Positions 8,808 through 18,010 of a DNA stretch of 64,000 nucleotides are shown piece by piece. The notes under the pieces are model-generated. The model searched no databases. It was not told the origin of the DNA and saw nothing but the letters and a program-made list of their open reading frames with translations. How positions within the stretch are numbered: position 1 is the stretch's first letter; every line of letters starts with the position of its first letter. This DNA is from an uncultured Armatimonadia bacterium. GTDB lineage: Bacteria > Armatimonadota > Zipacnadia > Zipacnadales > VGFC01. Both the position numbers and the translations under genes were made by a program. The stretch is taken from assembly GCA_964555935.1 (NCBI GenBank), contig CAZKUN010000007.1:22474-86473 (forward strand), in the 5' to 3' direction.

Positions 8808-11800
8808 TTACCTGGTCACGACCTCAATCTCCGATAGCCACATCAGGTCCGGCCGGTCCTTCGACCCCTTGCCGGCGGGCTGTAGAATCCGCACCCGCCT
8901 TACTGGGTCGCCCGGTAGCTGTATCGTCACCAGCCCAGCTTCCCCACCCGCCCCAAACGTCTGCCCTGCCACGGCGGCCCAGGCATCGTCGCGCGGCGCC
9001 TCGGCGACAAGTTGCCGCGGCACGTGCAGTGTCTTCCCATCTAGCCCCGCCCACAGACGGATCTGCGTCACCCGCGTCGGCGCCGGGAAGCGCAACTCGA
9101 TCCAGTGCGCGCCCTGGTGCTCGTTCGACGCCCACGCCACCTTCGTCCAGTCAGGGGTCTTTGGGTTGATCTTCCCGTCGGTCAGCACGGTCGGCGTGTA
9201 GCCGCCGAAGTTGCCCTCAACGACGACGATGGTGCCCTGTGGCATCTTGCCGGTGGTCGCTTTGTACTGCTTGGGGCCAGTGGTGACGCGGGGCGCGCTG
9301 AGGGCGACCAATTCAGTCAACCGTGACGCGCGCTGGGGGGGGCGAGCCTTGGCCTCCACGCACGCCTTCGCCAATTCGGTGTGGAAGCGCAGATCCTCGG
9401 CGTCTCGCCGGGCGCGCTCAGTGTCCGCGCCCCAGTCCGTGCCCTGCACGATCTGGTCCATTTCGTCAAGAGCCGCGAACCGCGCGTCCCAGTCGAGCTG
9501 GTCAAATCGTGCGTCCGCCCCGCCGCCGATCTGGGCGCACAGTTCAACCAGACGCTCCGCCTCCGCGCTCGTGCCGGCGAGCGGACGTGGTTCGCCGCCG
9601 CCCTCGAATCCTGGACGCGATAGCAGCCCGTCTTCCGGGGCCTCCGCCAGCGCGACATGCACGTCATCGAAATACGCGGTGCCCGTGTGTCCACCACGGA
9701 ACAGCACGTAGACGTTGATGTTGCGGATTGGTTTCTCGGGCGCGATGGCGATCTCGCCGCGCTCCCAATCATGCGTCCCGGTGGCAAACTCGATCGTCTG
9801 CCCGTAGATCGCCGTGCCGTCGGTGTAGTAGCAGTCCACGTAGACGGCGTAATTGTTGTTCGGATCGCCGGTTACGCCCTCGGCTTTGCTCCACGCGGAC
9901 ACAACGATATCGCGAGGCTCCTCGTGGTTGACCGTCACGGTCTGCGTGGCCCCCGCCGCGCCCGCCTCGTCCTTCTCCACGCGCAGGCAGTGGTCGCTGC
10001 CACGCCCTGGCGACCCAATGCTCGCGCCGGCGCGGTATGGGGCCCATGGCGCGAGTTGCTCGCGGCCCTCGCGGCACGCGGACACGTAGGCGTTGCGACG
10101 CTTGGCGACATCCGCAGCGCGACGCAGCGCCGCGCGGGCCTGGGGGATGGGGTAACCGACAGCCCAGACCTGAAGGTCCTCGCCGGTCATCTCAGTGGCG
10201 AGCGTCCCTGCGATACGCTCGACGCGGCCGGTCAGCAGCTCCACGCCTAGCAGAGGCGGCTTCGGATCCGCCTCGCCGCGGTACGGGATGTCGTCTAAGA
10301 CAACGCGCTGGGCCTGCGCCTCCGCCACGTCTGCCCTGGGATCCGTGGAAAGCGTGAGGTACTGCAAGTGCTCCTCCGCCAGATCGCTGCCGGTTGAGAT
10401 GTAGTGGGGCGCTTCCATCGGTCCGAATGACTCCACGAACGCATCGCCCTCGGTGATCTGGCCAATTGGCACGGCGTCCCAACTCGCTACGAGGAGTTCT
10501 CTCGCCACCGGCATGTATCGCCTGAAGAGCGCTCGGTCGCGGTCGTACCACTCCGGATGCACCCAGTAACTAGAGCCTGGATTCGCGCCCGACGGGGTGA
10601 TGTCGAAGAACCCGAAGAGAATCGCGTATGCGGTGCATCGGCGCATGTATGTCTCGAGCTGCGCCTGCGTGATCTGGTCGAAGTCGCCCTTCACGAGTGT
10701 GCAGAATGGCTTTGAGCCAAGCAACCCGCGAATCAGCCGACACGTGTCGCGCCGCAGGTAGATGCTCATCTCCGCGCCCGGGACGTCGATGTACGGGCCA
10801 ACGAACGGGAACGAGGCGAGGCTTGAGTCGTTGAGCATCGTCTTCTTTCGCACCGGCGTCAGCCCCGGTATGTTGAGCTGTTCGTGGATGTGACGAGCCC
10901 ACTCGACGCTGCTCCACAGGTTGTAGTTGACCGGGCGGCCAAGCGTCCCGTCCCACAGCAGCAGATGGTCAGCCGCCCTCAAGTGCTCGGGCGCGTAATC
11001 CAGCCCGGCGGCGATGCCGTCGTAGTAGACGCCATCGATCCCCGCTGGCCATTCCTCCGCGTTGACGCGCGCCAGGAGTCGATCAGCCATCGCCTTACCG
11101 TACGGGAGGTCGGGATCGACACACGCCTGACAGAAGAAGTCGCCATACGTCCGCTCCGCCCGGTAGGCGATTCTTCCCTCCGCCGTCTGGATCCCGCAGG
11201 TCTCCCACGTGCCCTCAAGGCCCGTATGGCCCTTGGCGACCACCTCGAATGCGGCGACGACATCCTCGTATGACGGTTGCGGCTCCGAGCCGCGCTCGTA
11301 TCCATCGACATTCGCGAACTCGCCCGCGCAGTGGAAGTAGACGAAGGTCTCAGCGCCGAGATTATCGTCAAACGACGCGTTGGCTCCACCCTCCTGGAAT
11401 CCGAAGCCGAACTCGTCGACATTCTGGATCTTGCCCAGGTCGGCGAACGGCATCCAACCGCCATAGTCGCGCCACCCGAGCGGACCCGATGCCGACCCGC
11501 CAACTCGGTTCGTCCGCGCTAGCGCCTCCCGCATCGACCGGCCCTCGGCCGCAGGCCCCGCCACGTATATCAGCTCAAACTCCGCCTCGCGGCTAGGGTC
11601 GGTGAACTCGCTCAGTGCCAGGTCGACCTCCGCCGACAGTCGCGGAGAGTCGCCGCCGACCGCGGAGAATCGGACGAGCGCAAGTTGCCTCATATCCCTG
11701 GCAAGCGCCAGGTACTCGCCGCCCTTCTCCACGGCCCCCAGTGGATATGTCGAGTAGCGTCCGTATTCGGGCTTCTCAGCCTCATCATCGAAGTACGGCA

Positions 11801-12203
11801 GGCCTGGCAACCCGCGCAGAGCCGTCGTGTTCGACAGCGGCTCTTCCCCGAGCGGCGCCGCCGTATCGAGGTCGTGCATCCACGCCCACTCGCCCGGCGC
11901 GAGCGGCAGAGACAGCCGCACGGTGAGGCCCCGATCCACGCCCGAGGTGTCGGCCAGGCGGACGCGAATCTGGGTCGGCCGGCCAGCCGCTTCCTCGTCC
12001 GGCGGAGCGTAGATGACGGACAGATCCAGCCCGCTCCCCTCCGGCGTGGCGCTGAGTTCGCCGCCATCGGTGAGCTTTGTCGCGGAGTCAGATATGCTGA
12101 ACGCCTGCTGCTCGGCGACGTCGACGATCGTCCACTCAAGGTCTGTCGGTTGCGCGAACGACGCCGTGGCAGCGAGTATCAGGCTGAACATGAGCGCCTC
12201 CAT
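8808..12203 (-). CDS. large secreted protein with CBM4/9-like module and C-terminal F5/8 type C (discoidin) domain
   Basis: Signal peptide MFSLILAATASFAQP. Internal segment resembles CBM_4_9. C-terminus resembles a discoidin domain (GAHWIELRF...IRLW). Start trimmed to MEALMF at 12203. Confidence 0.7.
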   Translation of the reverse strand: MEALMFSLILAATASFAQPTDLEWTIVDVAEQQAFSISDSATKLTDGGELSATPEGSGLDLSVIYAPPDEEAAGRPTQIRVRLADTSGVDRGLTVRLSLPLAPGEWAWMHDLDTAAPLGEEPLSNTTALRGLPGLPYFDDEAEKPEYGRYSTYPLGAVEKGGEYLALARDMRQLALVRFSAVGGDSPRLSAEVDLALSEFTDPSREAEFELIYVAGPAAEGRSMREALARTNRVGGSASGPLGWRDYGGWMPFADLGKIQNVDEFGFGFQEGGANASFDDNLGAETFVYFHCAGEFANVDGYERGSEPQPSYEDVVAAFEVVAKGHTGLEGTWETCGIQTAEGRIAYRAERTYGDFFCQACVDPDLPYGKAMADRLLARVNAEEWPAGIDGVYYDGIAAGLDYAPEHLRAADHLLLWDGTLGRPVNYNLWSSVEWARHIHEQLNIPGLTPVRKKTMLNDSSLASFPFVGPYIDVPGAEMSIYLRRDTCRLIRGLLGSKPFCTLVKGDFDQITQAQLETYMRRCTAYAILFGFFDITPSGANPGSSYWVHPEWYDRDRALFRRYMPVARELLVASWDAVPIGQITEGDAFVESFGPMEAPHYISTGSDLAEEHLQYLTLSTDPRADVAEAQAQRVVLDDIPYRGEADPKPPLLGVELLTGRVERIAGTLATEMTGEDLQVWAVGYPIPQARAALRRAADVAKRRNAYVSACREGREQLAPWAPYRAGASIGSPGRGSDHCLRVEKDEAGAAGATQTVTVNHEEPRDIVVSAWSKAEGVTGDPNNNYAVYVDCYYTDGTAIYGQTIEFATGTHDWERGEIAIAPEKPIRNINVYVLFRGGHTGTAYFDDVHVALAEAPEDGLLSRPGFEGGGEPRPLAGTSAEAERLVELCAQIGGGADARFDQLDWDARFAALDEMDQIVQGTDWGADTERARRDAEDLRFHTELAKACVEAKARPPQRASRLTELVALSAPRVTTGPKQYKATTGKMPQGTIVVVEGNFGGYTPTVLTDGKINPKTPDWTKVAWASNEHQGAHWIELRFPAPTRVTQIRLWAGLDGKTLHVPRQLVAEAPRDDAWAAVAGQTFGAGGEAGLVTIQLPGDPVRRVRILQPAGKGSKDRPDLMWLSEIEVVTR

Positions 12204-12303
12204 TGGGGGGTGGATACCACTTCTCCCCCCGATTCCCATCGCCTCCTGTCATTCTCGTGCAGGCAAGGTGGGCGGCTCGCGTCGAATACTCAGGCCGTGT
12301 GAG

Positions 12304-14628
12304 GTGATCCACGTGGACGGCATCGACAGGACCTACCACTGCGACGTGCTCGTCATCGGTTCAGGCGTCTCCGGGTACTGCGCGGCGATCCAAGCCGGGC
12401 GCTGTGGCGCGAAGACGATCCTGATCGAGAAGGACGAGGTGCTGGGCGGCAACTCGGGCCCGAATCTCGGCGTCGGAATAACCGGCGCGGACCGCTACAA
12501 CGACTACGCGGGCGAGACGGGGATCATCCAGGAGCTGCAGGAGGAGGGCTGCTGGATCGACGCGATCACCCACGTCTCTCCCGGCTCGATGGGCTACACG
12601 ATCCACCGTCGGTTCGAGGCGGTCGTGCAAGAGCACCTAAAGCGCGCCGGCGTCACGATCCTCAAGCGCCACTGCGCCCGCCGACCGATCATGGATGGCG
12701 ACCGCATCGCGGCGGTCGTCTGCGAGGACAGCGCGGCGTTCCAGACAGCGCGCATCGATGTGGGCGGCTTCGTCATCGAGGGCTCGGGCGACGGCGAGAT
12801 CGCCGCGTTGGCGGGGGCGGAGTTCGACTTCGGCAGCGAATCGCGGGACGAGTTCGGCGAGCGTTCGGCTCCGGAGCAGCGGACGAACCAGGTCCAGGGC
12901 ACGAGCCTCGTCGCCATCGCCCACCCCACGGGCCGCGACATCCGCTTCGTGCCGCCCGCCGGGACGCCCGAACACGTGCCGCGCGTCTGGCATGGGCGCA
13001 TGTCGAGTTGGCTGAGTCACCATGACGGATGGTTCGCGCCGGGCAAGGATCTGTTCTTCCTGTACGTTACCGAGACCGGCGGGCACATGGACACCGTGCG
13101 CGACGACGGCGACATCTACGAGATGCTCCTGAGGCAGCTCTGGGCCGAGTGGGACCACATCAAGAACGGTCCCCACGCCGAGGAGGCGCGCGAGTGGGAT
13201 CTGCTCTGGGTCAGCCCCAAAGCCGGCAAGCGCGAGAGCCGCCGGTTCATGGGCGACTACGTGCTGACGCAGACGGATGTCGAAGACGGCGTCCGGTTCG
13301 CCGATGACATCACCTACGGGGGCCACGATCTCGACGATCATATGCCGCTCGGCGAGGGCAGCAATATCTTCGCCCATAGCATCCCGCCGCTCTTTGGCGT
13401 GCCCTACCGCTGCTGCTATTCGCGTAACCTCAGCAACCTGTTCCTGGCGGGACGGCTGATCAGCGCCACTCACATCGCTCACTCCAGTACGCGCATCATG
13501 CGGACCGGCGCCGCGATCGGCCAGGCGGTCGGGCTCGCAGCCTCGCTTTGCCTGGAGCACCACTGCACTCCGCGCGCGCTCGACGAAGAGCACATCGACG
13601 AGTTGCAGCAATCACTCATCGCCCGCGACGCGACGATCCTCGGCGTGAGGCGTGAGGACAGCACGGATCTCGCGCGTTCCGCGACGGCTTCGGCGTCGAG
13701 CGAGGTCCGCTTCAACGACCAGGAGCCTGGCACGCTCGTGCCGCTGATCGCACGGGCGGGTGTGGTGCTGTGGGACTGGCCGGAGAATCTCAACACGGTC
13801 AGCCTGTTCCTCCGCAACGATTCCGACCAAGCTCAAGAGCTGCGGCTGAGGATCCTGAGAGCGCGTCGCGAGGGCAAATGGATCGTGCCGGATGACTGGC
13901 ACCAGTTCCATTGGAACGACCTGCGCGACGAGGCCTTCGCGGAGATTCACTCGGCGACTGCGGAGTTGCCCGCCGGACACCACGGCTGGTTCGAGATCGA
14001 TCTCGCCAGTGTCGAGCTGGGCGAGAAAGACGCGGCGAGTGATGACGACCGGGTGCTGATCGCGCTGGACCAGAACGCCAACGTGTCCTGGGCTGTGGCA
14101 ACGCGCCGGAGCGAGATCGCGACAATGGTCGAGCACAGCCATCACCGCCCGCAGTGGGCATCGATGAACGCGATGGCGACGATGCGCCTCGACCCCGCGC
14201 CGTCGGTCGGCGAGGCGACGAATGCCATCAACGGCCACCACCGCCGCACCAGTCGAGCGCCGCTGAACATGTGGATGTCTGATCCCGAGGCCGGGCTGCC
14301 GCAAGAACTCATCCTGGAGTGGCCTGAGGCCCAGAGCTTCGATCAGGTCACGGTTACCTTCGACAACCTCGCGCGGCTCACGAGCGAGAACCCGTGGCAC
14401 AGTGGGAGCCGCGTCGTGCCGTTCCTGGCGAAGGCGTATGACATCAGTGTCTGGGCGGATGGCGAGTGGGCGGAGGTCGTGAGTGAGGACGACAACTTCC
14501 ACCGTCGGCGTACCCATCGGGTTGGTCCGATCCACGCGAGCAAGCTCCGGCTGCGCGTCCTGTCGACGCATGGCGAAGGGTTTGGCGCGAGGGTCTACGA
14601 ACTGAGCGTGCATGATGCGCAGAAGTGA
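12304..14628 (+). CDS. FAD-dependent oxidoreductase (FAD_oxidored family) with C-terminal discoidin-like domain
   Basis: Rossmann dinucleotide motif DVLVIGSGVSGYCAAIQAGRCGAKTILIEKDEVLGGN. C-terminal about 150 aa discoidin-like. ORF-track N-terminal extension overlaps the upstream convergent gene, so GTG 12304 (or 12313) is used as start. Confidence 0.75.
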   Translation: MIHVDGIDRTYHCDVLVIGSGVSGYCAAIQAGRCGAKTILIEKDEVLGGNSGPNLGVGITGADRYNDYAGETGIIQELQEEGCWIDAITHVSPGSMGYTIHRRFEAVVQEHLKRAGVTILKRHCARRPIMDGDRIAAVVCEDSAAFQTARIDVGGFVIEGSGDGEIAALAGAEFDFGSESRDEFGERSAPEQRTNQVQGTSLVAIAHPTGRDIRFVPPAGTPEHVPRVWHGRMSSWLSHHDGWFAPGKDLFFLYVTETGGHMDTVRDDGDIYEMLLRQLWAEWDHIKNGPHAEEAREWDLLWVSPKAGKRESRRFMGDYVLTQTDVEDGVRFADDITYGGHDLDDHMPLGEGSNIFAHSIPPLFGVPYRCCYSRNLSNLFLAGRLISATHIAHSSTRIMRTGAAIGQAVGLAASLCLEHHCTPRALDEEHIDELQQSLIARDATILGVRREDSTDLARSATASASSEVRFNDQEPGTLVPLIARAGVVLWDWPENLNTVSLFLRNDSDQAQELRLRILRARREGKWIVPDDWHQFHWNDLRDEAFAEIHSATAELPAGHHGWFEIDLASVELGEKDAASDDDRVLIALDQNANVSWAVATRRSEIATMVEHSHHRPQWASMNAMATMRLDPAPSVGEATNAINGHHRRTSRAPLNMWMSDPEAGLPQELILEWPEAQSFDQVTVTFDNLARLTSENPWHSGSRVVPFLAKAYDISVWADGEWAEVVSEDDNFHRRRTHRVGPIHASKLRLRVLSTHGEGFGARVYELSVHDAQK

Positions 14629-14642
14629 TTGAGAGGCAAGCA

Positions 14643-15743
14643 ATGACATCACGCGAACGCATGATCACCGCCATGTTGAACGAGCAGCCGGACATGGTGC
14701 CCGTCGCGCCCGATACCTCGAACATGATCCCCTCCCGGCTGACTGGGAAGCGGTTCTGGGACGTGTATCTCTACAAGGATCCGCCGCTGTGGCAGGCCTA
14801 TATCCACACCTGCAAGCACTTCGGCTTCGACGGCTGGCTACCCAGCATCGGCGCGCAGACGCGCATGCAAAACGTCGCAATCGTTAAGCGTACCGATGAA
14901 CGGATCGTCGTTCAGCCCTATTCCGAGGCGAACGGCAAGCGCGCCTGGGTCCCGCTGGTTCACGTTTACTACGTCGCCGACCCGCCGACCCACAACGTCC
15001 CTTGTGAGAGGATCGGCCTGCCGCGCGTGCCGGAGACTTGGGAGGACTTCGTCGACGAGTCGGAGGAGTTGACGGAGGAGGAAGCCCTGCGCGCCGCTAG
15101 AGAGTTGATGGGGGACGCGGGCGTACTTGGGATGAATGTCGGCATCCCCGGCCTGCACGGGGAGGCGGGGATCTACGAGTATTACGATGACTACACGACC
15201 GTGAAGGACCGCGCGCTGGCGCACGAGCAGACCGTTGAGGAACGCGCGCGCCAGGTCTGTGAGATGGGGCCTGACTTCGTCTTCATCGGTTACTCGGGGT
15301 GTCTCACGTTCCAGACGCCGGAGATGTTCCGAGACCTCGGCCTTCCGAGCCTTCAGATCATCACGCGCGTCGCGAAGGAGTATGGCCTCCCCAGCCAGAT
15401 TCACTCCTGCGGGCCCGAGGCGGCGCTGGTGGAGATCGCCGCGAAGGAATCGGACCTCACGAACATCAACCCGCTTGAGCGCCCGCCAATGGGCGACTGC
15501 AAGCTCGATGAGATCAAACGCGACTTCGGCGCGGACATCAGCCTCATGGGCAACCTCCACACGACGGAGGTCATGCTCCACGGGACGCCCGATCTCGTGC
15601 GCGAAGAGAGCAAGTGGTGTCTCGATGTCGCGGCTGAGGGTGGCGGGTTCATCCTCTCGACCGGCGACCAGTGCGGGCGCGATACTCCGGACGAGAACAT
15701 CCATGCCATGATCGAGGTGGCGAGAGAGTGTGGGAAGTACTGA
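14643..15743 (+). CDS. uroporphyrinogen decarboxylase (URO-D)-like family protein (MtaA/CmuA-like methyltransferase fold)
   Basis: URO-D-like length and conserved pattern. RBS gagagg 5-6 nt before ATG 14643. ORF-track GTG 14625 overlaps the upstream stop. Confidence 0.7.
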   Translation: MTSRERMITAMLNEQPDMVPVAPDTSNMIPSRLTGKRFWDVYLYKDPPLWQAYIHTCKHFGFDGWLPSIGAQTRMQNVAIVKRTDERIVVQPYSEANGKRAWVPLVHVYYVADPPTHNVPCERIGLPRVPETWEDFVDESEELTEEEALRAARELMGDAGVLGMNVGIPGLHGEAGIYEYYDDYTTVKDRALAHEQTVEERARQVCEMGPDFVFIGYSGCLTFQTPEMFRDLGLPSLQIITRVAKEYGLPSQIHSCGPEAALVEIAAKESDLTNINPLERPPMGDCKLDEIKRDFGADISLMGNLHTTEVMLHGTPDLVREESKWCLDVAAEGGGFILSTGDQCGRDTPDENIHAMIEVARECGKY

Positions 15744-15828
15744 CGGGGCGTAGGGCAAGAGAACTCCAGGCGCAGGCCGACCGGCCTGCGCCTGGTCGAT
15801 TCATGTGCCACGCGGAACGAGCGTTGGC

Positions 15829-16227
15829 TTAGAGCGCTTCGAGCGCCTTCTCCGGATCATCCACGCCCAGCACTGCCACGCCCTCCGCGGCCGTGGGCGA
15901 GACGCTGCAGTAGACGTAGTTGATGTTGATGTCCGCCGCCGTCAGCTTGGCCGCCAGATCGCCCAACGCGCCCGGCTCGTTGGGGATCTCGACCACGAGC
16001 ACCTTCTGACGCGTCGGCGACATCCCCGCCTTCTTCAGCGCCTGATTGGCCTTCGTGATGCTATCGGTGATGATGCGCACGATTGCGGCGTCCGTGCCAT
16101 CGGCCACCGAGATCCCGAGGATATTCGCGCCGGCCTTCTCGAGCGTTCGCGCCAGTCTCTCCAGCTCGCCCGGCTTATTCTCCAGCATGATCGTGAGCTG
16201 AGATGCGTACGGTCCCTTCGCGGGCAT
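15829..16227 (-). CDS. tandem ACT-domain protein
   Basis: Two ACT-like beta-alpha-beta-beta-alpha-beta repeats (LTIMLENKPGELERLARTLEKAGANI; VLVVEIPNEPGALGDLAAKLTAADINI). Confidence 0.7.
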   Translation of the reverse strand: MPAKGPYASQLTIMLENKPGELERLARTLEKAGANILGISVADGTDAAIVRIITDSITKANQALKKAGMSPTRQKVLVVEIPNEPGALGDLAAKLTAADININYVYCSVSPTAAEGVAVLGVDDPEKALEAL

Positions 16228-16257
16228 AGAAGTCTCCCTCCTGGGTTGGCCCGACCG

Positions 16258-17925
16258 CTAATCGGCGATCGGCAATACGATCCGCGACGGCTGCGTGCTC
16301 GTGTGAATTAACGTCTGGCGCGCCACGCGCAGTTCCGCGTCCATCAGGTCATTCGCGCCCGTGTTGTGGTTGCGGTCGAAGTCTGGGAAGTTGCTGCTGG
16401 TGATTTCCAGGCGGATGCGGTGCCCCTCGGCGAAGCGGATGGCCGTGGGAGTCATCCGGATGCGGAACTCGCACGCCTCGCCGGGGGTGAGCAGCTCCTC
16501 CACGTCATATCCGTTGCGGTGTCGCGCCCTGACCATGCCGTAGGAGACGTCCAGCGCGGGGCCGTCCGGGTCCTCGTCGACCAGTCGTACGAAGAAGTCC
16601 GTATCCGGCGCGCTCGACGCGGCGTGAAGCACTACCTCCGGGCATCCTGCGATCTCCAACGCCTCCGTCAGCGGGTCGGTCCGGTAGTTGATGATGTCTT
16701 GTCGATGGTCGAGTTGGCGCCGGTCGGACGCCCCCGCGAAGAGCGCCCGGTTCCAGAGCGTCGGCACGGGGTCGTTCGGATCGTAGTCGTACTCATCCGG
16801 AGGCTCATCGCCCGGCGCCTCGCTTGAGAGCCCCGCCTCGCCGCGCAAGTACAGCGTCGTCTCGTCCGGTTCTTCCGGCGGCCACGTGTCGGCATTCCGC
16901 CACTCGCCCGCGCCCATCACGAAGTACCGCACTGCCGGCTCGCGGTCGATGCCGCTGTCGATTCCCTTCAGCCAGTGATCGAACCACTGGATTGTCATGC
17001 CGTCCTTGTCGATCGCCGCTTGCGGCCCATAGTCGATCTCGCCGACCTTCCGCGCGCCAAGGGATACGTGGTTCCACGGGCCGATGACGAGCTTGGTCTG
17101 TTCGCGGGCCAGAGCCGTGCGCCCGTTCTTCTGCATGCCCGGCAGGTGACCGACCGTCCCGCCGCAGTGATCGTACCAGCCACTGAAGTCGAGGTTCGGG
17201 ACATCAATCTCAGCATGCGCCTCATCGAACCGCCACGCCCGCCGGTTCGGCTCGCGCAACCAGCTCTCGGCTTGCTCAGCGAGGCGCTTTGGGAAGTACT
17301 TGCAGATGTCGATCCACGGCATGAACCCCAGCCAGCGGCCGTGCTCCAGCTCCTCCCAGATCGCCGAGGCCTCCGCCGGGGCGTGTGGCGGCGGCAGCCC
17401 CTCGCGCTTGCGCAGATCCGGCGCGATGGTCGTCATCCACCACCGGATGCGCCGACCGGGCCGGAACGCGCCGGGCCAGTCGACCTCTGTTAACTCCACC
17501 GGGATCGAGTTCGCGCACATCGCCTTCAGACTTGGGGGACGCAGCCGCGCCGCCTGCCACTGCATCCACGCGTTGTAGGAGACGCCCATCGTTCCGACAT
17601 CCCCGTTGCAGTAGGGTTGATCCGCCAGCCACTCGATCGAGTCGTATCCGTCTTGTCCATCCAGCGTCTCCTCGCTGAAGATGGTGAACTCGCCGTCGGA
17701 CGCATAGCGCCCGCGGGTGTCCTGGCTCACCACCACATACCCGGCCCGCACGTATCGCTCGAAGCCAGCCGCCGGCTTGCCGTAAGGCGTCCGCATGAGC
17801 AGGCCCGGGAATTGGCCCGGTGAATCCGGTCGAAATACGTGCCCTCGCAGCACGACTCCATCTCGCATAGGCATCTCGACATCGGTCTCGGTGATGATCC
17901 CCAGCGCGCCGCTCGGCTGATCCAT
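16258..17925 (-). CDS. CocE/NonD family alpha/beta hydrolase (X-Pro dipeptidyl-peptidase S15-like)
   Basis: LLMRTPYGK, GYVVVSQDTRG and GVSYNAW nucleophile-elbow region, plus C-terminal beta-sandwich domain. Confidence 0.8.
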   Translation of the reverse strand: MDQPSGALGIITETDVEMPMRDGVVLRGHVFRPDSPGQFPGLLMRTPYGKPAAGFERYVRAGYVVVSQDTRGRYASDGEFTIFSEETLDGQDGYDSIEWLADQPYCNGDVGTMGVSYNAWMQWQAARLRPPSLKAMCANSIPVELTEVDWPGAFRPGRRIRWWMTTIAPDLRKREGLPPPHAPAEASAIWEELEHGRWLGFMPWIDICKYFPKRLAEQAESWLREPNRRAWRFDEAHAEIDVPNLDFSGWYDHCGGTVGHLPGMQKNGRTALAREQTKLVIGPWNHVSLGARKVGEIDYGPQAAIDKDGMTIQWFDHWLKGIDSGIDREPAVRYFVMGAGEWRNADTWPPEEPDETTLYLRGEAGLSSEAPGDEPPDEYDYDPNDPVPTLWNRALFAGASDRRQLDHRQDIINYRTDPLTEALEIAGCPEVVLHAASSAPDTDFFVRLVDEDPDGPALDVSYGMVRARHRNGYDVEELLTPGEACEFRIRMTPTAIRFAEGHRIRLEITSSNFPDFDRNHNTGANDLMDAELRVARQTLIHTSTQPSRIVLPIAD

Positions 17926-17940
17926 GGTGGAGTCCCTCCC

Positions 17941-17983
17941 AGGAAAACGCAGACCGGGAGAGGCCTTCGATGGCCCCTCCCGG
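17941..17983 (-). terminator. ileS rho-independent terminator candidate
   Basis: 12-bp stem with one mismatch (17954..17965 / 17972..17983, loop TTCGAT). On the minus strand it is followed by GCGUUUUCC. About 30 nt after the ileS stop. Confidence 0.45.
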
Positions 17984-18010
17984 TGAACCTTCCGATGCGA
18001 TCGAGCGCGC

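Noticed and set aside
12637-14652. Long minus-strand ORFs (324 and 346 aa) antisense to the FAD-oxidoreductase
   Set aside because: Arg/Ala-rich low-complexity composition. The plus-strand gene has a clear Rossmann FAD motif.
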